From IMG/VR virus record IMGVR_UViG_3300028569_000046, positions 1 through 52,529 of that record: a DNA stretch of 52,529 nt. One strand, written 5' to 3'. This stretch comes from a virus. Taxonomy: Duplodnaviria; Caudoviricetes. The notes beneath the pieces are model-generated. The model ran no database searches. It saw only the letters and a program-made list of their open reading frames with translations, and was not told the DNA's origin. Positions 46,127 to 52,529 of the stretch are shown one piece after another (within the stretch, counting starts at the first letter, position 1; every line of letters begins with the position of its first letter). The translations under genes and the position numbers were made by a program.

Positions 46127-49100
46127 TGCCAATAACAACAAAAACCGTAAGTTATTACGATGACTTTTCCCAAAAATATCCACCAGAAGATTCAAACGGA
46201 AAATCACCAGATGATAAAAATTATCTTCGTATTCTTTTTAAACCTGGGTATAGTGTCCAGGTAAGAGAATTAAATCAAATGCAGTCCATACTGCAATCAC
46301 AAATTGATAAATTTGGTGCAAGTGTTTGGAAAGATGGAGTTGCGGTAATCGGAGGAAATGCCACATTTGACAATAATATTTCAGCAATTGATGTATCAGC
46401 TGATTCAGGAACAACTTTAACATCTGATGATGTAGGCACTATAACATCTGTTGAAACAACAATTGTCAACTCTACTGGTAATGAGCACTTAACCGCTGAT
46501 GTTATAGGTTATAAGCAAAAGGGTGGTGGTGTTTACACTCTTTACGTTCGATATAAAAATTCCGTTACATTAACAGCCGATCTATCAAACGTTGAAACAT
46601 TCAGCGATGGAGCAGTTCTCGAAGCAAAAAGTAATTCAAGTGATGTTACTACTCTCAATTTGGTTGTTAACGGATCGGCAAAATTTGCGGCAGGTGTATT
46701 TCTTGATAAAGGATTATTTTTCACCAAAGGATGTTTTGTCGCAACTCCAGCACAAAGTGTTTTTATTGACAAGCTTACCGGCGTTGATGAAAAAATAAAC
46801 GGTTCGGGTAGATTGTTCGTTTATGAAAAAGAAATTTCAGCAAATGACGATTCAGCGTTGTATGACAACGCAAATGATACTTTAAACTTTAAAGCTCCAG
46901 GCGCCGATCGTTATGCTATTGATTTAACATTAAGATTTTTAGCAGTAACAAGTACTTCATCAGATTCAGATTCAATATCACTTATTACAGTTGTTGATAA
47001 CCGAGTTGTTGAAGCAGTTCGTGATCGCTATACATCGCTTGATCGTGAATTGGCCAAACGTACATTTGAAGAATCTGGTAATTATGCTTTAAATCCATTT
47101 AAGTTGGAATTAAAAGAATGCTTTAAAGATACTTCAGAAACATATCGTCTTGGAAGATATGTTTCAACCGAACTTACTGGTGCGGGTATTACAGGTACAA
47201 CGACTGAAGACCGAGAAGCGGTAGCCAAAGAAAAATATCATATTGGAGTTGATTCGAGTATTGCATATGTTGACGGTTTTAGAGTTGAACCTTCTTCCAA
47301 AACTGAATTGTTGTCTGATAAAGCACGTACCGCTTTTCCTGAAGAAGAAACTGAATATATTGACATTAATGTGCGTGCTGATATTGGAAGCTATGTTGTA
47401 GGCACATTTGCCGAAAGTTCATCTTTGCCTAATATTCAAATATCAAACGAAACTTACAACATTGGCGTTGATAAAACTATTATTGGTAATATTAATGAAG
47501 TTTCTACCGCTAACGGTATTCTAAAACTTGATAATGTATCTGATCTTTCGGTCGGAATGCCTGTCACAGGATCAATATTTACTTCTAATACAACAATAAC
47601 TGAAATAAACAGAGCGGCGAATACTATAACGGTATCTGGACCTTTAGAATTATCATCAGCTGTTACAGCAAATGTGGCAGTTCGAACTGGTACTCGTATT
47701 GCAACAATTACTGAACCTAATCACGGTTTGGTTACAGGTAATATTGTTTATGTTACAACCGCACTTGGCGCTACAATTCCAATAGGAACATATGGTGTAA
47801 CAGTTATTGATATTGATAAATTTACAATATTAACATCTGATAGTACTGCTATTACCGGCGGTGGCGGTGGTGCCACAATTGCTTATAAAGCAATTGCAGC
47901 CAATACTGCTGCAACTTTTGCCAGCGGTACCGCTAAAATAAGAGCTGTTGAACCAAATTTTGGATCAACTTATAGATTTTATTTGTATGACATTGTTTCT
48001 TCTTTTAATGTTTCAAACATTAATCGTATTAGAAAAACTGGATCACCTGGTGTCACTATTATCGTAACAACTCCTATTACGGCAACAAATTCTAATACAA
48101 ATATATTTGCACTTCCTTATACTGCAATCAAAGATGTTGATGCTGGTGTTGAATATAATACATTATTGTTTAGAAGCGGAACAGTAGCAGTAGGAGACAC
48201 CACAGTTACAATATCCGATATTCCAACTGGTCATACACTCGCTGAAACAAGTCCTGGTGCATTTATTCTTACAATAAACGGAGTAATAACTTCTATAACA
48301 AATGTTACGGATGGACCTACTCCAGTAATCACATTTGAGCCGCCCGTCGGCTCCGCACCCGTGAATTTCAACTGTATAATTCCCGCAACTGTTGTATCCA
48401 ATGCTATTTCAAAAACATCAACGGCGGTGGTCAATACACCTAAGGTGGGAACAGCTGCAGTCGATAATGTATTTACACTACCACACGCTCAAATTATTGC
48501 ATCATCTCTGGTGGTAAAATATAACAGCAGTGATACTCTTACCGGTGCAAAAACAATAACATCTGATTGCACGATTGTTGATGATGGTCAAAGAGATAAT
48601 TATCTTACCAATGTTAAAGTACAATATAATGGTACCAAAACAACTTTAGATAGTTCCGATTATTTCTTTTTCTCTTATAATTACTTGGCGAATAACACAA
48701 CCACAGGTTTTTCCACAGTAAATTCATATCCGTCAACAGTATCTTACAGCGACATTCCTTCTTATAAAGGAGTTCGTTTAACCGATGTTATTGATTTCAG
48801 ACCTGTACTTCTTTCGGATGCGACTGCATTAACAACTCTTACAATTCTAAATCCAGGAAGTTTAATACAATGTGGTGTAAGATATTATCTACCTAAAATT
48901 GACAAAGTTGTTGTAGGTAACAATAATAAAATTTCTGTTATTCAAGGTGTTCCAAGTTTAAATCCAATTGAACCTGTCACTCCGGATAATACAATGGCTC
49001 TTTATACATTGGACATTCCTGCATACACTCATAATGTTTCTGATATTGCCGTTAACTACATTAATAACAGACGATATACAATGCGTGATATTGGTTCACT

Positions 49101-51651
49101 CGACCAAAGAATCAGCAATGTAGAATACTATACGGCATTATCATTATTGGAAAAATCAGCAAATGATAAATCCATTGGTGACGCATTTAATGCATCACGT
49201 TTTAAAAATGGTATTATTGTAGATGCCTTTGTTGATTTTAATAGCGCCGATACAAATAACGGCGCATACAATGCTTCAATTGATCGCGCACAAGGAATAT
49301 TGCGTCCAGCATTTTCAACATCTCGTATAGATTTAAAACCGATTATTGTTAATGGTGTGAGCGTTAATACCAATAGTGCAACATTGGAATATACCGAAAC
49401 ACCATACATTACACAAGAATATGCAAGTGAGAGTGAAAGTGTAAATCCTTACGACATTGCAACATATGTTGGAACACTTGAACTGTCACCAAGCAGTGAT
49501 GAATGGCAAGAAACAAAACAAAATGTTACCAATAATTTAGATCTTAATACTGCATCAACATTTACCGATTTGGGCACAGTTTGGGGTGAATGGACATTTT
49601 TGAAACGTGTCCGTAAAGGATATTTGGTTGAAAGAACAGGACTTAATAGAGTATTGCAAATTGATGCGGTTGCAACCGAAACAATTAACAATATTAACAT
49701 TACAATTATACCGTTTATAAGATCACGAAAAATATATTTTTCGGCGACAAACTTAAAACCTAATACGGTTGTATATCCGTTTTTTGATAATATCGGTGTT
49801 GCATCATTTGTTAAACAAACTGACAATTCCAATCCTTATGTGTCATGGCAAAACAGAACTGATGGTGAGGCGCTTTATACCGGACAAACTTCCCTTGTAG
49901 GAAGCAATGGATTAAAAACAGATGCTGCGGGAAACTTACAAGGTATATTTGTTATTCCTAATAATGAATCGTTGAAATTTAAAAGTGGTTCAAAACAATT
50001 TAAACTTTCCGATAACATTTCCAATAACACAAATAGTGAAACGACTTATGCCGTGGCAAATTATACGGCCGCTGCATCAACAAAAACAGTTGATTCCACT
50101 CTTACTACAACTCGAGTTCCAAAAATCGTTGAACGAAATATTCGAGAAGAAAAAAAGATTCATAGAGATCCGCTTGCTCAAAGTTTCTTAATTGATGACA
50201 TTCAAAGTCCTTCTGGTGTTTTTCTTTCAAGTGTTGAACTTTACTTTGAAAATAAAAGTGAAACCTTACCTGTAAATGTAGCAATTGTTACAATGGAAAA
50301 TGGTTATCCTTCTCAAAATATTGTTCCATTTTCAGAAGTAACATTAACACCATATACTGTGGTGGATGGTGTGTATACTACAAATGAACTTGTAAAAACT
50401 TCAAACGATGCATCAATTGCTACAAAATTTGAATTTTCCGATCCTGTATATCTTAATCCAGGAAATGAATATGCATTGGTTGTAACATCAAATGATTCAT
50501 CCTATAGAGCTTTTGTTTCACGTGTCGGTGGTAATAATATTCCTAACGGTCGAAGAATTGATAAAAATCCTTATTCAGGTGTGCTGTTTATGAGTGCCAA
50601 CTCAAGTACATGGACTGCCAATCAAAACCGAGATTTAAAATTTAAATTAAATCGCGCATTATTTGATAACAGTTTTGGAGGTTCAATAACATTTAAAACT
50701 GAAGCTGGAGTTGGTGTACAAAGTATAACAATGATCGATATTGGTGCAGGATATACAGTTGCGCCAGGTGTAACATTTGATGCACCACCGACCGGAGGAA
50801 CAATTGCCACTGGAACTGCGATTTTTGATTCGGTTACAGGAACTGTAACAGGTGTAAAAATAACTAATGCTGGTTCAGGATATACAAGTGCACCAGGTAT
50901 AACATTTGGTGATCCAACTTCTGGTACGACAGCAACAGGAACTGTAAATTTGATTTCAATTCCAATCAGCACATTTAACCTTACGCAAAATAATATCGAA
51001 CCGTATGCAACAAATGTTGATAATCAAAATAAAGCAACGGTAATTTTCAATACCTTAACACTTAACAGTGCTTATAATGTATCACCTGACGTTGATTACA
51101 ATTTAAATTCAACTTATAGCATTACATCAAGTAATAAAGATTCAGTAACATTAGTTACCGATTTTGCATCAAGTAATGATTATGTAAGTCCATTAATTGA
51201 TCTTGATAATGTATCATTACTTGCCGTTTCCAATATTATTGGTACTCCATCATCACTACTTGATGGAGCAACTGATACAGAAACACTGGCTGATGCAGGA
51301 AACGGTTTATCTCGTTACATTACTCGCACTGTTGATCTTAATCAGCCTGCGGATCGACTAAGTGTATTTGTTGACATTAATAGACCATCCGCTGGTTCAT
51401 ACATTAAAATATATGCCAAAACAAATAATGTTTGGAGTGAAATGATTCCAGCCAGTGTAAAATCCAATAGTAATCCACAAAATGAAATTCCTATTTCCGC
51501 AGACTCATCGGCCTACTCCGAAGTTGAATATACATACATATCAACTGGCACGTTTGAAAGTTTTGCTGTAAAAATTGTTTTTGTATCTGATGTAATCTAT
51601 ACTCCAACAACTGTACGAAACTTCCGCGCCATAGCAACCAGTGGTATATAA
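46126..51651 (+). CDS. large structural protein (VrlC/DUF4815-like)
   Basis: YYDDF, LFKPG..VQ.REL.Q.QS, APGADR, LAKRT.EESG.Y, RRYTMRDIG and DPLAQSF. Confidence 0.85.
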   Translation: MPITTKTVSYYDDFSQKYPPEDSNGKSPDDKNYLRILFKPGYSVQVRELNQMQSILQSQIDKFGASVWKDGVAVIGGNATFDNNISAIDVSADSGTTLTSDDVGTITSVETTIVNSTGNEHLTADVIGYKQKGGGVYTLYVRYKNSVTLTADLSNVETFSDGAVLEAKSNSSDVTTLNLVVNGSAKFAAGVFLDKGLFFTKGCFVATPAQSVFIDKLTGVDEKINGSGRLFVYEKEISANDDSALYDNANDTLNFKAPGADRYAIDLTLRFLAVTSTSSDSDSISLITVVDNRVVEAVRDRYTSLDRELAKRTFEESGNYALNPFKLELKECFKDTSETYRLGRYVSTELTGAGITGTTTEDREAVAKEKYHIGVDSSIAYVDGFRVEPSSKTELLSDKARTAFPEEETEYIDINVRADIGSYVVGTFAESSSLPNIQISNETYNIGVDKTIIGNINEVSTANGILKLDNVSDLSVGMPVTGSIFTSNTTITEINRAANTITVSGPLELSSAVTANVAVRTGTRIATITEPNHGLVTGNIVYVTTALGATIPIGTYGVTVIDIDKFTILTSDSTAITGGGGGATIAYKAIAANTAATFASGTAKIRAVEPNFGSTYRFYLYDIVSSFNVSNINRIRKTGSPGVTIIVTTPITATNSNTNIFALPYTAIKDVDAGVEYNTLLFRSGTVAVGDTTVTISDIPTGHTLAETSPGAFILTINGVITSITNVTDGPTPVITFEPPVGSAPVNFNCIIPATVVSNAISKTSTAVVNTPKVGTAAVDNVFTLPHAQIIASSLVVKYNSSDTLTGAKTITSDCTIVDDGQRDNYLTNVKVQYNGTKTTLDSSDYFFFSYNYLANNTTTGFSTVNSYPSTVSYSDIPSYKGVRLTDVIDFRPVLLSDATALTTLTILNPGSLIQCGVRYYLPKIDKVVVGNNNKISVIQGVPSLNPIEPVTPDNTMALYTLDIPAYTHNVSDIAVNYINNRRYTMRDIGSLDQRISNVEYYTALSLLEKSANDKSIGDAFNASRFKNGIIVDAFVDFNSADTNNGAYNASIDRAQGILRPAFSTSRIDLKPIIVNGVSVNTNSATLEYTETPYITQEYASESESVNPYDIATYVGTLELSPSSDEWQETKQNVTNNLDLNTASTFTDLGTVWGEWTFLKRVRKGYLVERTGLNRVLQIDAVATETINNINITIIPFIRSRKIYFSATNLKPNTVVYPFFDNIGVASFVKQTDNSNPYVSWQNRTDGEALYTGQTSLVGSNGLKTDAAGNLQGIFVIPNNESLKFKSGSKQFKLSDNISNNTNSETTYAVANYTAAASTKTVDSTLTTTRVPKIVERNIREEKKIHRDPLAQSFLIDDIQSPSGVFLSSVELYFENKSETLPVNVAIVTMENGYPSQNIVPFSEVTLTPYTVVDGVYTTNELVKTSNDASIATKFEFSDPVYLNPGNEYALVVTSNDSSYRAFVSRVGGNNIPNGRRIDKNPYSGVLFMSANSSTWTANQNRDLKFKLNRALFDNSFGGSITFKTEAGVGVQSITMIDIGAGYTVAPGVTFDAPPTGGTIATGTAIFDSVTGTVTGVKITNAGSGYTSAPGITFGDPTSGTTATGTVNLISIPISTFNLTQNNIEPYATNVDNQNKATVIFNTLTLNSAYNVSPDVDYNLNSTYSITSSNKDSVTLVTDFASSNDYVSPLIDLDNVSLLAVSNIIGTPSSLLDGATDTETLADAGNGLSRYITRTVDLNQPADRLSVFVDINRPSAGSYIKIYAKTNNVWSEMIPASVKSNSNPQNEIPISADSSAYSEVEYTYISTGTFESFAVKIVFVSDVIYTPTTVRNFRAIATSGI

Positions 51652-51913
51652 TAAAGTGAAATTAAAAGTACAAAATGCTCCAAATTTGGAAAGAGATACG
51701 CGCAGTAATGCAATTGTAAATACCGATACCGATGGTTATTTGCGGCTTATGCAAAAAGGCAAAGAACAAAGAGAAGCTCAACAAAGATTGGAAAAATTGG
51801 AACGTGAGGTATTTCAAATGAAAGAAATGCAAGTTCAAACAAATACGTTGTTACAAAACCTTATAAATAGTATTACTTCAAATAATAAAGCATATGCCTA
51901 TAACAAATACTGA
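51641..51913 (+). CDS. conserved small coiled-coil protein
   Basis: L.RD..SNAIVN.D..Y pattern, typical downstream of the VrlC-like gene. Confidence 0.7.
   Translation: MVYNKVKLKVQNAPNLERDTRSNAIVNTDTDGYLRLMQKGKEQREAQQRLEKLEREVFQMKEMQVQTNTLLQNLINSITSNNKAYAYNKY
51862..51869 (+). promoter_or_regulatory. T4-type late promoter
   Basis: TATAAATA upstream of ATG 51894. Confidence 0.6.
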
Positions 51914-52529
51914 TGAATTTATCTCTTACACTTCTTTTAACAGCAGCGGGGGAATTGCAACATCTGATACATTTAACACATGGAGAAAAAAGACCAATGG
52001 CATTATTAATGCTCTTGACAGTATTAGCGTAGCAAATGTTGACCCCGGTCAACTTTCACTTGGAGCTCCAACTTGGAATTCAAGTGGTGATTTGTCAACA
52101 TATTTGTCAACAGGTGGTGTTCTTGGTTCATTTACAGCAAGTGTAATTACCTGTGGCAGCATTAATACAGGATCCAGCGGCAATATTATTACTGGAAATG
52201 TAACAACAAATACCGTAAAAAGTATCAGTCTTACTTCGCGAAGTTTAACACTGGCTGAAGGAACAGGATTGATAAATACCAATGGCGCAATTCAAGCAAA
52301 TTCGCTTGCCATTGGATCATCCAATAACAAATTTACGGTAAGTTCGGCCGGTGCAGTTGTCAGTGCAAGTACAATCGCAGGAACAAGTTTAAAAGTTGGA
52401 GGAAGCGACACTCCCGCGACAGGTGCCGTGAATGCATCATCATTGGCCATTGGATCGTCCAACAGTGAATTTACAGTAAGCACAAGCGGTGCGGTTGTAG
52501 GAAGCAGTTTACATGTTGGTTCCGGTTTG
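51894..52529 (+). CDS. fibre-like structural protein, 3'-truncated
   Basis: Read manually: MPITNTDEF...SDTFNTWRKKTN; frame appears open to the window end; repeat SLAIGSSN..FTVS..GAVV. Confidence 0.75.
   Translation, partial: MPITNTDEFISYTSFNSSGGIATSDTFNTWRKKTNGIINALDSISVANVDPGQLSLGAPTWNSSGDLSTYLSTGGVLGSFTASVITCGSINTGSSGNIITGNVTTNTVKSISLTSRSLTLAEGTGLINTNGAIQANSLAIGSSNNKFTVSSAGAVVSASTIAGTSLKVGGSDTPATGAVNASSLAIGSSNSEFTVSTSGAVVGSSLHVGSGL

Noticed and set aside
42269-52529. Diversity-generating retroelement acting on fibre genes
   Set aside because: No reverse transcriptase seen, and the repeated modules differ at all bases rather than only adenines
1-52529. Stop-codon reassignment
   Set aside because: Core genes are full length in the standard code, and TAA, TAG and TGA all end genes at sensible positions

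Overview
Fragment of a large T4-like (cyanophage/Tevenvirinae-type architecture) myophage genome, about 36% GC by eye. 1-22.5 kb is an accessory region of small, mostly + strand ORFs driven by a repeated sigma70-like early promoter (GTTTACA-N16/17-TGnTAGAAT; four copies are near-identical over about 70 bp). It contains an N6-adenine methyltransferase, a 3D-domain protein, an Rnl1-type RNA ligase, a complete tmRNA (tag GENNLALAA), several phosphatases and a P-loop kinase, two glycosyltransferases, UvsE, a holin plus overlapping spanin-like pair, an acyl carrier protein and a DEDDh exonuclease. 23.7-25.6 kb holds gp33, gp59 and gp32. 25.9-52.5 kb is the baseplate/tail module (PAAR, tape measure, gp51, gp26, gp54, gp4, gp48, gp53, hub, split gp5 with CHAP, gp25, gp6, gp7, RCC1 fibre, gp8, large VrlC-like protein) under TATAAATA late promoters. 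Most notable: a candidate programmed -1 frameshift fusing gp26 to a start-less gp51 just upstream of the tape measure gene, a promoter-driven structured non-coding RNA candidate at 16145-16285, an ORF whose stop codon lies inside the tmRNA, and repeated promoter cassettes, one followed by a deletion scar. All calls come from motif recognition by eye; no database searches were run.
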